Shown here: positions 20,670 to 30,871 of the stretch, in pieces | Layout of the letters: each line of letters starts with the position of its first letter | Numbering within the stretch: position 1 is the first letter of the stretch | DNA from: Candidatus Bathyarchaeota archaeon | GTDB lineage: Archaea; Thermoproteota; Bathyarchaeia; Bathyarchaeales; Bathycorpusculaceae | NCBI GenBank assembly: GCA_963826715.1 | Contig: CAWGYA010000008.1 | Span: forward strand, 1,024,001-1,088,000 | Direction: 5' to 3' | Length of the DNA: 64,000 bases | The notes under the pieces: generated by a model | The model's input: the letters and a program-made list of their open reading frames with translations, nothing else | The model's database searches: none | What the model was told of the DNA's origin: nothing | Program-made: the position numbers and the translations under genes

Positions 20670-21059
20670 TTATGAGTAAATTTCTACTATATCATTTTCA
20701 ATAGTGACTCGGTTGCCTGTTTTGATCTTGGATATATCGATTTTGTCGACGAATGGGATTTCACTGATGATGGCGCCAACTGCGACGATGGTTTCGGTTT
20801 CTTTGTTTATTAATGCTGCTGGGGCTGCGTTGTTCTTTTTGAGCCGGTAGAGTGTGTAGCTTCCAACGGTTGAGCCTTTACCCTGCGGGAACACTAGTAC
20901 TTTTCCTTTGACACTTATTCCACTGAGTTCGTGTCCTTTTTCGATCACGATACCTGTGTTGGGGTCAACGCCTCCATAGAACGAGATAGGCATGGAGGTT
21001 ACTAGTGCTTCGCCTTCTGTTTTCCCTTTGAAGATTATTCGTCCCTTTAGTTGTTCCAT
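20670..21059 (-). CDS. phosphomevalonate dehydratase small subunit (AcnX swivel domain, DUF126)
   Basis: ISFYGGVDP.TG, GKGSTVGS; in operon with AcnX large subunit and UbiD. Confidence 0.88.
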   Translation of the reverse strand: MEQLKGRIIFKGKTEGEALVTSMPISFYGGVDPNTGIVIEKGHELSGISVKGKVLVFPQGKGSTVGSYTLYRLKKNNAAPAALINKETETIVAVGAIISEIPFVDKIDISKIKTGNRVTIENDIVEIYS

Positions 21060-22246
21060 TTTCCAGTCACCGCTGCATTAACACATTCTTCCATGCTGCC
21101 CATCTTGGTTTTCATTAGGTTCTGCCGTGAATAGAAGCAGCCTTTCGCTGACGTGGTCGCCAATGACTTAAACCTGCCCTTTAGTGGAGCTACAGCCATG
21201 CAGGTGTCACACGCGAATTTACCGCCTGCGGCTTCTATTATCGCAGTATAACCGCGTTTATCAGCAAGTTGTTTTGCTGTTCGAGAGGTCGCCACCCAAA
21301 GCTCTGTACCCTGCGCCACTTTTTTGTCTTCAAGTAAGGTTGCGATTTCGGAGATTTCTTTTACTGAACAGTGGGGGCAGCCAAGGCAGACAAGTTCTAT
21401 ATCGTTTATATCATCGTTTATGGCGTCGTAGGCTATTTTGAGGTCGCCCTGGTCAACGGTGAAGGTAGTACTGGGTTGTTTTTGGAGTTCTGAGCCTGGA
21501 GTTATACCTTTGATATAGAAAAGGGGTTTCGCACCATATGTTACTACGGATGCACAGAAGCTTTTAAGTTCATCAAGTTGTGCGGTTTTAATTCCTGTGA
21601 TGTAAGGAATTTTATTCTCCGCTTTCTTGCCAATCATATAGCCCAGTGCCCCCCAATCCGATAGTTTGCTCAATTCAGCGTTTACCTGGATGTGAACATC
21701 GGGTACCCGATTCTCATCAAGGTGCAAACCGTAATTGGGAGTTTTTCCCACAAATGCTGCTGCCAACGCAGATGGTCCACCTTCACGGTTCGTTTTTGCA
21801 CCCAATACAGAGTTAGCGAATGTGACTGCGCTGCTCTCTGACCATGCAATATGCTCACCGTAAAGAGGCAAATTTCCGATAAGGTAGGGCGTGCAGGTGC
21901 AGCTGATAAGTATGCCCATGCGTTGAAAAGCGTCAATAACGAGGTTCTGTTTTTCGGCGAATTCAGGGCTTATACCGAGTTGTTGCCAATTTTCGAGGTC
22001 CATACCTGCGGGGTTGAGGGTAGTCTGGACTTTGACTCTGCCGTCGGCCGCGAGAGAATTAAGAAACTCTAGTCCCGCGTCGCCAAGGTTGTGATATGAG
22101 ACGCCTGCAACTTGGACGCTGCCTACCTCAATTAGGTTTTTTGCACCGAAAATCTCTCCTAGCGCAACTAAAATTTCCATACTCTTGCGCACTGCATAGC
22201 CTTCGGCGCCGTCCAGCATGATTTGTTCCTGTTTTGTCAGTTCCAT
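21047..22246 (-). CDS. phosphomevalonate dehydratase large subunit (AcnX, DUF521)
   Basis: CTCTPY, AWSESSA, NSVLGAKTNREG, GCPH, DTCM. Confidence 0.9.
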   Translation of the reverse strand: MELTKQEQIMLDGAEGYAVRKSMEILVALGEIFGAKNLIEVGSVQVAGVSYHNLGDAGLEFLNSLAADGRVKVQTTLNPAGMDLENWQQLGISPEFAEKQNLVIDAFQRMGILISCTCTPYLIGNLPLYGEHIAWSESSAVTFANSVLGAKTNREGGPSALAAAFVGKTPNYGLHLDENRVPDVHIQVNAELSKLSDWGALGYMIGKKAENKIPYITGIKTAQLDELKSFCASVVTYGAKPLFYIKGITPGSELQKQPSTTFTVDQGDLKIAYDAINDDINDIELVCLGCPHCSVKEISEIATLLEDKKVAQGTELWVATSRTAKQLADKRGYTAIIEAAGGKFACDTCMAVAPLKGRFKSLATTSAKGCFYSRQNLMKTKMGSMEECVNAAVTGKWNN

Positions 22247-22255
22247 ATCTATCAC

Positions 22256-23566
22256 TTAGACGTACTTTCTTAAGTCAACTTTGATGTAATCAACTTTACT
22301 AAAGCCTTTGCCAGTTGAAACCAGAGGTGCCGTCGCATCTAAGCCTGCTTTTGCAGTAGTCGCTTTTTTGCCCTCTGAGAGATCCCCTGATGGGTCCAGT
22401 GATGAGCCGGGCTGGTTGCTGAGAATGATAGAGTTTTTATCAGCTTGGAAACGGGTGGCAATTGCCCATTCTACATCGTGTGGGTCATAGATGTTAATGT
22501 CTTCATCTACAATGACGCAGTGTTTCAGTGAGCCGTGACCTTTGAAGGTGGCCGCTATTGCTTTTTTGCCATCTTCTGCATCTTGTTTTTTGATTTGGAC
22601 TACGGCGTGGAGCCAACTGCATCCTCCGGGTGTGATGTAAACGTCTTTGCATTGGCACACTTTGTTAACTTCTTTAAAGATAGTGGGTTCTTTAGGCATG
22701 CCCATGAGGAATTTGTGTTCATTTCGGCCAGCCAAAATCGTTTGGTAAATTGGGTTTTTTCGGTGGGTTATGCATTTGATTTCGACAATGGGTTGCTGGC
22801 GGGTTCGGTCTACGATGCCTGTTAAGTCAAGGAAGGGCCCCTCTGTGGCTTTCTCTTTGGTTATTTTGCCTTCGAGGACGAATTCGCAATCGGCGGGGAC
22901 TTCAGTCTCAATAGTTTTGCATTTTACAATATCTGTTTTTTCCAGCGCGTTTGCCATACCTAGTTCATCAATTCCCATAGGCATGGTAGTGGCTGCTGAA
23001 AGCAATGTTGATGTGGCGTTGCCGATGCAGATCGCAATGTCCAATTCGCCTCCTGCTTTTTTGAGTATAGTATCGGTGCCGCGGTTTTCTACTATACGGG
23101 CTACGAATTGGTTTTTGTCTTTAAGCATCAATCGATGGAAGCACATGTTTCGGTTGCCTGTTTCGGGGTCTTTAACTATTGATACTGCTGAGGCTATGTA
23201 TTTGCCGCCGTCTTGGTTAGTGTATTGCATGATGGGTAGTTTAGTTAAGTCTACTTCGTTTTCAACTACTTCTTGGCAGGTTGCATTGGAGATTTTCTGA
23301 GGTGATTGGGGATTTTCTATTGCGCTTAATAGTTTTGGCAAAAGTTGCTCTTTGGTTATCCCCATGGAGCGGCAGATGAGTTCTTTTGAAGAAACCAGAC
23401 CAGCTATCACAGGGTATTTAGATTCCATTACATTCTCGAAATAAACTGGTTTTTCCCCGAGTGCTGCGATTATACCTGCCATCTCATATTCGGCTGTTAC
23501 GGGTTTAGTAATTTTTGTTAATTCACCATTTTTTTGGAGTTGGTGGATGAATTCTCTTAAGCCCAT
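22256..23566 (-). CDS. UbiD family decarboxylase, probable anhydromevalonate phosphate decarboxylase
   Basis: EGPF.D, VDEDI, VEWAIATRFQ, SSLDPS, GLDAT; adjacent to the AcnX pair. Confidence 0.85.
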   Translation of the reverse strand: MGLREFIHQLQKNGELTKITKPVTAEYEMAGIIAALGEKPVYFENVMESKYPVIAGLVSSKELICRSMGITKEQLLPKLLSAIENPQSPQKISNATCQEVVENEVDLTKLPIMQYTNQDGGKYIASAVSIVKDPETGNRNMCFHRLMLKDKNQFVARIVENRGTDTILKKAGGELDIAICIGNATSTLLSAATTMPMGIDELGMANALEKTDIVKCKTIETEVPADCEFVLEGKITKEKATEGPFLDLTGIVDRTRQQPIVEIKCITHRKNPIYQTILAGRNEHKFLMGMPKEPTIFKEVNKVCQCKDVYITPGGCSWLHAVVQIKKQDAEDGKKAIAATFKGHGSLKHCVIVDEDINIYDPHDVEWAIATRFQADKNSIILSNQPGSSLDPSGDLSEGKKATTAKAGLDATAPLVSTGKGFSKVDYIKVDLRKYV

Positions 23567-23849
23567 CGTGGTTCGCCTTTTGGTCCAACTTTATACTTGA
23601 TTGTTTCTTAAAAAACAATCGCATAGTTAAAAATTGGGCTATTTCTCTAAGTGAGTTTAAATCCTTGAATGAGAGTTATACGTTGTAAGTCAGTGGTTTT
23701 GGAACGGTAAAATGCTAAGTCTTCAATCTTACAATCAAATTCATATCAGATTTGTCTCTAAGATAAAAAGCAATTTCCCGTATTTCCATAAAAAACTAAC
23801 TCTGACTTCAGTATAAAACGGTTAATTAAAGATATTGAGGAAAAATAAA

Positions 23850-25490
23850 ATGGCATATTTAACGCAAACCCAGAGTGGTCAACCAGTTCTCATCTTGAAA
23901 GAAGGAACATCTCGAAGCAGAGGCAAAGAAGCCCAAAGAAACAACATTATGGCCGCTCGAGTAGTCGGTGAAGTACTAAAAACCACTCTGGGTCCAAGAG
24001 GCATGGATAAAATGTTAATCGATAGCCTAGGCGACATAACAATAACCAATGATGGTGCCACAATTTTAAAGGAAATAGATGTGGAGCATCCCGCTGCAAA
24101 AATGATGATTGAAATCGCAAAAACTCAAGACGACATGGTGGGCGATGGAACTACAAGTGCTGTCGTACTTGCAAGTGAGTTACTCAAAAAAGCCGAGGAA
24201 CTACTTGACCAAAACATACACCCAATCATACTCGTAGCAGGATATCGTAAAGCAGCACAAAAAGCAATGGAAATAATTGAGAAAAATGCTGTGGGTATCG
24301 ATGTTGAGGATCAAAAAATGATGATGAAAGTTGCTTTGACGTCAATGGGAAGCAAAGCAGTGGGTGGTGCTAAAGAGCACTTTGCAAAAATAGCAATTGA
24401 AGCTGTCAAGCAAGTGTCTGAAAAGCATGCTGATAAGGTAATAGCAGACATAGATAACGTACAACTGGTAAAGAAGACGGGTAAAAGCCTAATCGAGACA
24501 CAACTCGTTAGAGGTATAATCATCGACAAAGAAATCGTACATTCAGGGATGCCCAAAAAGAAAGAAAACGCTAAAATCGCGCTTATAGATATGGCCTTAG
24601 AGATTGAAAAAACTGAAATGACTGCGGAAATACGCATACATGAGCCAAATCAGATGAAAGCTTTTCTAGATCAAGAGGATAGCACACTCAAAGAGATGGT
24701 GACCAAGATTAAAACTTCAGGCGCAGATATTGTATTCTCTCAGAAAGGCATTGACGACATTGTTCAGCACTTCCTTGCGAAAGAAGGCATTATTGCTGCA
24801 CGTAGAGTCAAAGAGTCAGACATGGAAAAACTCGCAAGAGCAACAGGTGGACGAGTAAGTTCTAACTTGAATGATTTAAAGCCAGGAGACTTGGGTTTTG
24901 CGGGGTTAGTGGAGGAACGTAAAATTGGCGACGACAAAATGATTTTTGTGGAAAAATGCAAAGATCCTCATTCTGTAGCCATATTGATACGGGCAGGACT
25001 TGAAAGAATGGTGGATGAAGCTGAAAGAGTAATTATCGATGCGTTATCAGTAATTTCAGACGTTACAGAAAACAATAAAATCGTGGCTGGCGGCGGAGCA
25101 ATCGAAATGGAAATCGCAAAAGAACTAAGAAACTACTCAATCAAAGTCGGCGGAAGACAACAAATGGCAGTAGAAGCTTTTGCGGATGCAGTCGAAGTAA
25201 TCCCACGGACACTTGCAGAGAATGGAGGCTTAGAAGCAATGGATATACTCATAGAATTACGTCAAGTTCACGATAAAGGAGACGGCAAATTCATGGGCAT
25301 TAACATCTTTACTGGCAAACTGCAAAATAGCGTTGAAAACGGAATTATCGAACCAATAGTGGTTAAAGAGCAAGCTATAAAATCAGCAGCCGAATCAGCA
25401 GCTATGATACTACGTGTAGACGATATTATCACAGCCAAATCGCCCAAAGGTGGTCCAGGAGGTATGCCTGGCGGTATGGGTGGAGAATAA
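23850..25490 (+). CDS. thermosome (group II chaperonin) subunit
   Basis: TLGPRGMDKM, TNDGATIL, GDGTTS, GGM-type tail. Confidence 0.95.
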   Translation: MAYLTQTQSGQPVLILKEGTSRSRGKEAQRNNIMAARVVGEVLKTTLGPRGMDKMLIDSLGDITITNDGATILKEIDVEHPAAKMMIEIAKTQDDMVGDGTTSAVVLASELLKKAEELLDQNIHPIILVAGYRKAAQKAMEIIEKNAVGIDVEDQKMMMKVALTSMGSKAVGGAKEHFAKIAIEAVKQVSEKHADKVIADIDNVQLVKKTGKSLIETQLVRGIIIDKEIVHSGMPKKKENAKIALIDMALEIEKTEMTAEIRIHEPNQMKAFLDQEDSTLKEMVTKIKTSGADIVFSQKGIDDIVQHFLAKEGIIAARRVKESDMEKLARATGGRVSSNLNDLKPGDLGFAGLVEERKIGDDKMIFVEKCKDPHSVAILIRAGLERMVDEAERVIIDALSVISDVTENNKIVAGGGAIEMEIAKELRNYSIKVGGRQQMAVEAFADAVEVIPRTLAENGGLEAMDILIELRQVHDKGDGKFMGINIFTGKLQNSVENGIIEPIVVKEQAIKSAAESAAMILRVDDIITAKSPKGGPGGMPGGMGGE

Positions 25491-25764
25491 TTTTTCTCCC
25501 CTTATTTTTGACTAAGAAACGCTTTTTGTTGTACCGTAAAAAAATTGCCTTGTTGGTCATGAAAAATAAGGCTGTTTTTCACAGTGAACTCTCAATTTGC
25601 TTATTGTCAACTCTCTGTTTTGTCTACATTAAAAACCCTCTCAAATACTATTCCATTATTATTGTTTTGGCTCAAGAGGGCGTTAGGTTTAAAGGAAAGT
25701 AAGAGTATCTTCAATAAAAAGCTGGTAACTTTTAAAAGGTTTCAAAACTTTAGCTGGTTTAAGG

Positions 25765-26793
25765 ATGAAGCAAGTATCCAATAATTCTGTTCTTGAAAAT
25801 AATTCTCACCATTTCTCGGAAAAATTTCGGATGGGCTTCAGAGTTTATAGCGGTTTGATCTCAAATTTGTGCGGTGTGAGGGCTCCAATCTTTTGCGGGC
25901 ACAAGTTGACCTACAATTGTAATTTACAATGCAAAATGTGTCCTTTCTGGAAAAGAAGCAGCCCCAACTCAAGTTTGAACCAGGAAAAATTAATTATAAA
26001 AGAGATTTACAATTCTGGTGCCTGCGGAGTTGCCTTTGAAGGCGGGGAACCGCTTCTTAGAAATGATTTGGCTGAAATTCTGGCTTTCTCCAGGTCTTTA
26101 CCTTTGCATACCAGCCTTATAACTAACGGGACTTTGCTCGCAGCCAGAATAGATGAGATAGCTCCACATATTAACGGTGTTGTTTATGTTTCCTTAGATG
26201 GTCAAGAAAAAACTCATGATGCTATCCGAGGAGTAAGTGGTAGCTTTCGAAAAGCAATACAAGGAATAGAATCGGCGAAAGAAAAAGTTGCTGTAACCAT
26301 AAACACCACTGTCATGGATGATAATATAAATGAAATAGAAGGAATGGTAGAGTTAGCTAAGGAGTTGGGTATTAAAATATCTTTAGCTGTAGCCCACGAA
26401 TACTGCACCGCCAACGTATCCTCACCTGCAACTGACAAAATACCAAAAATAGCCCATACTCTTATACAAATGAAGCAGGAAGGTTATCCAATAGTCAATT
26501 CAATCGGTTACTTCAAGGTGATAGCTAAAGAGAAAAAATGGCAATGCCGCCCCTGGGCGATGGTAAACGTTGATCCCCATGGAAACCTGGTTTTGCCCTG
26601 CTATGTCCACAAAGATTACGCGAGCGGCACCTCTATCTTTGAAAAAGGTATCAAAAGAGCATTATCTGATTTTGATTGGAAAAAAATAGAAAACTGCCAA
26701 AGATGCAATCTTCATTGTTATGTTGAGCCTTCGTTAGTGCTTTCACGAGAAATCAGTGCGTATATGCATTGGGCATTTCGTGTAAACTTGTAA
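25765..26793 (+). CDS. radical SAM protein (PTO1314-like)
   Basis: CNLQCKMC, EGGEPLLR, TNG, VSLDG, C-terminal CxxCxxxCY. Confidence 0.8.
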   Translation: MKQVSNNSVLENNSHHFSEKFRMGFRVYSGLISNLCGVRAPIFCGHKLTYNCNLQCKMCPFWKRSSPNSSLNQEKLIIKEIYNSGACGVAFEGGEPLLRNDLAEILAFSRSLPLHTSLITNGTLLAARIDEIAPHINGVVYVSLDGQEKTHDAIRGVSGSFRKAIQGIESAKEKVAVTINTTVMDDNINEIEGMVELAKELGIKISLAVAHEYCTANVSSPATDKIPKIAHTLIQMKQEGYPIVNSIGYFKVIAKEKKWQCRPWAMVNVDPHGNLVLPCYVHKDYASGTSIFEKGIKRALSDFDWKKIENCQRCNLHCYVEPSLVLSREISAYMHWAFRVNL

Positions 26794-27068
26794 CTCAAAG
26801 GTTTAGCGATCACAACACTGACGTTGATTTTATTGATTATAATTCTGCAATTTATGACTAATATTCATTTTAGTGGTGGCCTGGTAGTTCCCTGTTTGCT
26901 CGGAAACGAACAAGAAGTCCACCGCTATTTAGGGATTAAGAAAAAAAGCTGTTTAGCAGGTGCAATCCGAAAAAATACTTCTTGGTAAACTTGCTTTCAA
27001 TGATATATTCTTTGAAGCGAAAATACGCTTATTAAAGGCATTACATCAAATACGCATGGGCAAAGCAT

Positions 27069-27161
27069 TTGAGCGAGAAAGAATTCACACAGATGTTAGT
27101 CGAAGCTGGATATTCTGAACGGTTAGCTACTATTATAGAGAAGTGGTATAGTTCGCATTAA
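27069..27161 (+). CDS. putative 30-aa small protein (absent from the ORF track)
   Basis: TTG-started MSEKEFTQMLVEAGYSERLATIIEKWYSSH*, with an amphipathic helix-GYS-helix-KWY pattern. Confidence 0.35.
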   Translation: MSEKEFTQMLVEAGYSERLATIIEKWYSSH

Positions 27162-27294
27162 AGTCTTCCCAAAAATTGGGTCTAACTTGTGGAACGAAGC
27201 CAATAGTTTAAAAACGCGAGGATAAGAAAAGATAGTATTATAGTCATCAAAAACTGATTGACTTTTGATGAAATTGAACAAAATTCTATATTGG

Positions 27295-28029
27295 TTATAC
27301 AATATGGCCAACTACACTTAGGTAGATTGTGCTTTCTTTCTCTCCATTAACACCTACAACTGAATTAACTGCATCATCAAAAAACGCACCTATTTGGCAT
27401 GATCCGCAGGATATGCTCGTCGCAGCCAAAGCCAAGTTTTCTGCTATATGCCCGGCATCCAAATATATGTAGCGATAAGCCCTTTGGGCGTATTTCCACT
27501 TTGACCTCTCAAAAATAGCAGTCCAAACAAAAACCACCGCCGCAGTAGCACAAATTGATTGCCCTAAAGCAGCTTGCGATAAGTCCGAACCAAACTTTCC
27601 AGATTTCAATAACTCCAACGAGTGGTCTTTTATGTTATAGTGATAGACCCCTTTTTCAAGATTCTCAACCGTGTTAACAACTAAGTATGTTTCGATAGGA
27701 TAGAGCGCTCCGGCTGAGGGTGCGGTTCTGAACTCGTAGTTCTTATCTATTCTCTGGATACCTGTCGACGCCCAAAGTAAAAATGCCAATTCGGATTTTT
27801 TTAAAGGTTCGCTTGAAAAAGTCCGAATACTTTTTCGATTACTAAGGATTGTAGCAAAATAATTTTTGCCATCAGAGGTTGGAATTGGTAAAGGTTCAGT
27901 TTTTATTTGAGAATATGTTTTGTAGGTTTCTGGTTTGGTTGTCCAATTCAAACTTGGTGGGAACCTCGTGTCCCGAGTGTATTTGGTAGCTTTTTGAAAA
28001 TCGTCTCCTACAGTTGACATATTTTCCAT
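27295..28029 (-). CDS. SagB/ThcOx family nitroreductase-like dehydrogenase
   Basis: RKSIR.F, RTAPSAGALYP.E.Y, RY..LDAGHIAEN, GAFFD. Confidence 0.88.
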   Translation of the reverse strand: MENMSTVGDDFQKATKYTRDTRFPPSLNWTTKPETYKTYSQIKTEPLPIPTSDGKNYFATILSNRKSIRTFSSEPLKKSELAFLLWASTGIQRIDKNYEFRTAPSAGALYPIETYLVVNTVENLEKGVYHYNIKDHSLELLKSGKFGSDLSQAALGQSICATAAVVFVWTAIFERSKWKYAQRAYRYIYLDAGHIAENLALAATSISCGSCQIGAFFDDAVNSVVGVNGEKESTIYLSVVGHIV

Positions 28030-28030
28030 A

Positions 28031-29749
28031 TCACCTATCTGTGCATGAGAAGCAAGGGTCTAAGCTGACAAAGTTGCTGGGAACATCAGCTATGCTTTCG
28101 CCTATTGCAGTCTTTAGGAATGATGGTATGTTAGCGAATGTTGGTGTCCGGATTTTTACGCGGTCCGGCATGTCTGTGCCGTTACTCTTTACGTAGTAAA
28201 AGAGTTCACCTCTGGGAGCTTCCAAACTGCAAACTGCTTCGCCAACTGGAACAGAACGCGAAGCGTCCACCCTGATTGGACCAGCCGGTAAATGATCGAG
28301 CGCAAATTCAATTATTTTTATGCTTTCTTCAACTTCATCCAAACGAACGTTCATTCTTGACCAAACATCACCATCGCTATAAACTATTTCTTTGAACGGA
28401 ATCTCTCTATATGCTTCGTAGGGTAGGTCTTTTCGGACGTCCATATCCACCCCTGAGCCTCTAGCAACCGGTCCCACAACGGAGAGTTTCAATGCATCTT
28501 CTCGGCTTAATATGCCAATGTCTTTCATGCGGAGGCGTAATGTGGGTTCATCAAGGTAGATTTTTCGGTAAAAAGGAAGTTTTTCCATAAGATCTGCAAG
28601 GGCTGACTTGATTTTTGGGAATTGCTCGGCGTTAATGTCTCTTCGGACGCCACCGATGGTAATTAGTGAACCGTAGACGCGGTTGCCGCTTGTTAATTCG
28701 ATTAAATCCATAATTGGTTCACGATCTCTCCAGAAGTATTGGAATACCGTTTCATAACCGATTTCTAAGGCTGCATGACCTAAGGTTAAGAGGTGACTAT
28801 GTAACCTATTTAATTCCATGGCGATTACCCTTAGGTATTTGGCGCGTTCTGGAATCGCGGTTTTTAAAATTTTTTCCACTGCGCCGACGAATCCATATGC
28901 ATGAGCTGGGTTGCAGATTCCACAAACCCTTTCCACCAAATAAATGTCCTGCAAATAGGTTCTTGACTCAGTAGTTTTTTCTATGCCCCGGTGAACGTAT
29001 CCGATGCGTGGTTCGACTTGGGTAACAGTTTCTCCGTCAACGGTAACTGAGAATTTTTCAGGCTCCAAAAGCGCAGGGTGTTGTGGACCTATGATTATTT
29101 TTACTTGTCTGCCTTCCGCCGCTTTGTTAGCTTCCCTTTCTGGAGTTGGAACCAGTTTTATCTCTGAAGCTTTGACGTCTTTACGCAGGGGATAGACGCC
29201 ATCTGGCCAATTTTCTGAAAGTACAAAGTGCCCGTTGAATTCGTTTCCTATGAACACAACACCCATAAGATCAGTTACTTCGAGTTCATGGAAGTTTGCG
29301 CCCGGATGAATATCAACAACGGTTTTTATTTTAGGGTTTGCCTTCGGAACTTCAGCTTTAATTGTGAAAAAGGATTTCGATGTATGAACATGGTAATATA
29401 CACCCAAGTTTAAGCCTAAATCCAAACCTGAAATGGCGGTTATGCCAGTTTTTTCATCGGCCTCTATTATGGCTTTTAGGACATCGTGGTGTAAGCCGTT
29501 GTTTGCCAAAAACGAGGCTTCGCCATTTACATTTTTTTGAATTGGGACTTTATTACCGAACTTTGATTCAATTAAATTTATGATATTTACATAACCGTTT
29601 GACACTTGGTTTGCCCCTTCAAGTAGGATATACTCTTGTTGCTCAGACTTAGAACCTCCAACACCGAAAATAACATTATTTTTTGATTGAATCCTATTTT
29701 CGGTTAAATTATTACTCTTGAAGAAATTCATTTCATTTCTTTTAACCAA
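28031..29749 (-). CDS. NuoC-fused group 4 [NiFe]-hydrogenase large subunit
   Basis: N-terminal Complex I 30-kDa-like domain (E..DL.GV.F, YPLRKD); GPQHP, GYVHRGIEK, L1 RVCGIC, EAPRGE, L2 DPCFSCTDR. Confidence 0.85.
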   Translation of the reverse strand: MVKRNEMNFFKSNNLTENRIQSKNNVIFGVGGSKSEQQEYILLEGANQVSNGYVNIINLIESKFGNKVPIQKNVNGEASFLANNGLHHDVLKAIIEADEKTGITAISGLDLGLNLGVYYHVHTSKSFFTIKAEVPKANPKIKTVVDIHPGANFHELEVTDLMGVVFIGNEFNGHFVLSENWPDGVYPLRKDVKASEIKLVPTPEREANKAAEGRQVKIIIGPQHPALLEPEKFSVTVDGETVTQVEPRIGYVHRGIEKTTESRTYLQDIYLVERVCGICNPAHAYGFVGAVEKILKTAIPERAKYLRVIAMELNRLHSHLLTLGHAALEIGYETVFQYFWRDREPIMDLIELTSGNRVYGSLITIGGVRRDINAEQFPKIKSALADLMEKLPFYRKIYLDEPTLRLRMKDIGILSREDALKLSVVGPVARGSGVDMDVRKDLPYEAYREIPFKEIVYSDGDVWSRMNVRLDEVEESIKIIEFALDHLPAGPIRVDASRSVPVGEAVCSLEAPRGELFYYVKSNGTDMPDRVKIRTPTFANIPSFLKTAIGESIADVPSNFVSLDPCFSCTDR

Positions 29750-29914
29750 GAGTGTAATTCCAAAGAGTCCGATTGTAAGATATAAGTTGTTTTGTTTTTG
29801 GTTACTCTGCTTTCTGGAAGCTCAAAGAGCAGCTTTAACTAAAAGATCTTTTGCAAAACTTGTTCTCAGTCTTCATTAAAAAAAGGAATTGGTGAAAGTG
29901 TCGAGATCGGATTG

Positions 29915-30334
29915 CTAAATGAACATGGAAACGTCTGCGCCAGAAGCAATGTCAAGGAAGGTTGCAGCACCGACCATGTTATCTACTTCTGGAATAAGGT
30001 CTTCTCTTTTGATTCCAAACATTTCCATAGTTGGAGTACATGCGTATATTGTACATAGACCAGATTTTTTAAGGCGCTTAAGCATATCGTAAGGCGTGGG
30101 GTATTTCATGCGTTCTAAATTCTTTCGCATTGTCTCTTCCAGATGTTTGTAGTCTCCGGGTAAAACTGCTTTTTCCATGGCTCCTTTTGCTAGACTTTGT
30201 AGCCCCCAAAATGTGAAGTAAAGGTGAGCTTCCCAACCCATAGCTACAGATGTGGAGGCTAAAATAAATGCACAATATAGTTTATCGATCGTTCCACTTT
30301 GAACAACTAGAGCTAATTTCTTTGTTTGACTCAT
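29915..30334 (-). CDS. DsrE/DsrF/DrsH-like sulfur relay protein
   Basis: LYFTFWGL, YAC..TM..FG, GAATFL. Confidence 0.85.
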   Translation of the reverse strand: MSQTKKLALVVQSGTIDKLYCAFILASTSVAMGWEAHLYFTFWGLQSLAKGAMEKAVLPGDYKHLEETMRKNLERMKYPTPYDMLKRLKKSGLCTIYACTPTMEMFGIKREDLIPEVDNMVGAATFLDIASGADVSMFI

Positions 30335-30482
30335 TTTTTTATCTCCTTTTTTTCTTGAGGTGCACAATTTTGACAGCAAAAACTTACTGTTTTCCCATTT
30401 ATTTCGGTTGAGTAAGTTGCAAGTTCACAAGCTTCTCCTGGGCTTTCTGTATCGCAGCAATTACACTTGTTCTCTTTTTTCA

Positions 30483-30869
30483 TTATTCCACCTCTTTTTT
30501 ACCTGTTTTCTTTTTTTCATAGTCCTCTATAGCCGCATGAAGTGCATCAGCCGCTAAGTTTGAGCAATGCATCTTTACTGGTGGAAGACCCCCGAGAGAG
30601 TCGGCAACACTTGCGCGCGTTATTTTCATTGCCTCATCCAAGGTTTTTCCCTTTGCAAGTTCAGTTGTCATACTGCTTGTAGCAATAGCGGCTCCGCAAC
30701 CGTATGTTTTGAATTTAACGTCTTCTATGCGATTCTCTTTAACTTTAATGTACATTGTCATCATGTCTCCGCAGGTTGGGTTTCCTACTGAACCCACACC
30801 ATCGGCATCGGGAATTTCTCCCATGTTTTGAGGTTTTTTAAAATGTTCCATTACTTTTTCAGAATACAT
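30483..30869 (-). CDS. iscU: Fe-S cluster scaffold IscU/NifU-N (MisU)
   Basis: YSEKV.EHF..P.N.G, GNPTCGD, GCGAAIA, LPPVKMHCS. Confidence 0.93.
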   Translation of the reverse strand: MYSEKVMEHFKKPQNMGEIPDADGVGSVGNPTCGDMMTMYIKVKENRIEDVKFKTYGCGAAIATSSMTTELAKGKTLDEAMKITRASVADSLGGLPPVKMHCSNLAADALHAAIEDYEKKKTGKKEVE

Positions 30870-30871
30870 AA

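Noticed and set aside
27295-28029. SagB-like gene as part of a thiazole/oxazole RiPP cluster
   Set aside because: No YcaO or precursor nearby; stand-alone SagB-type nitroreductases are common in archaea.
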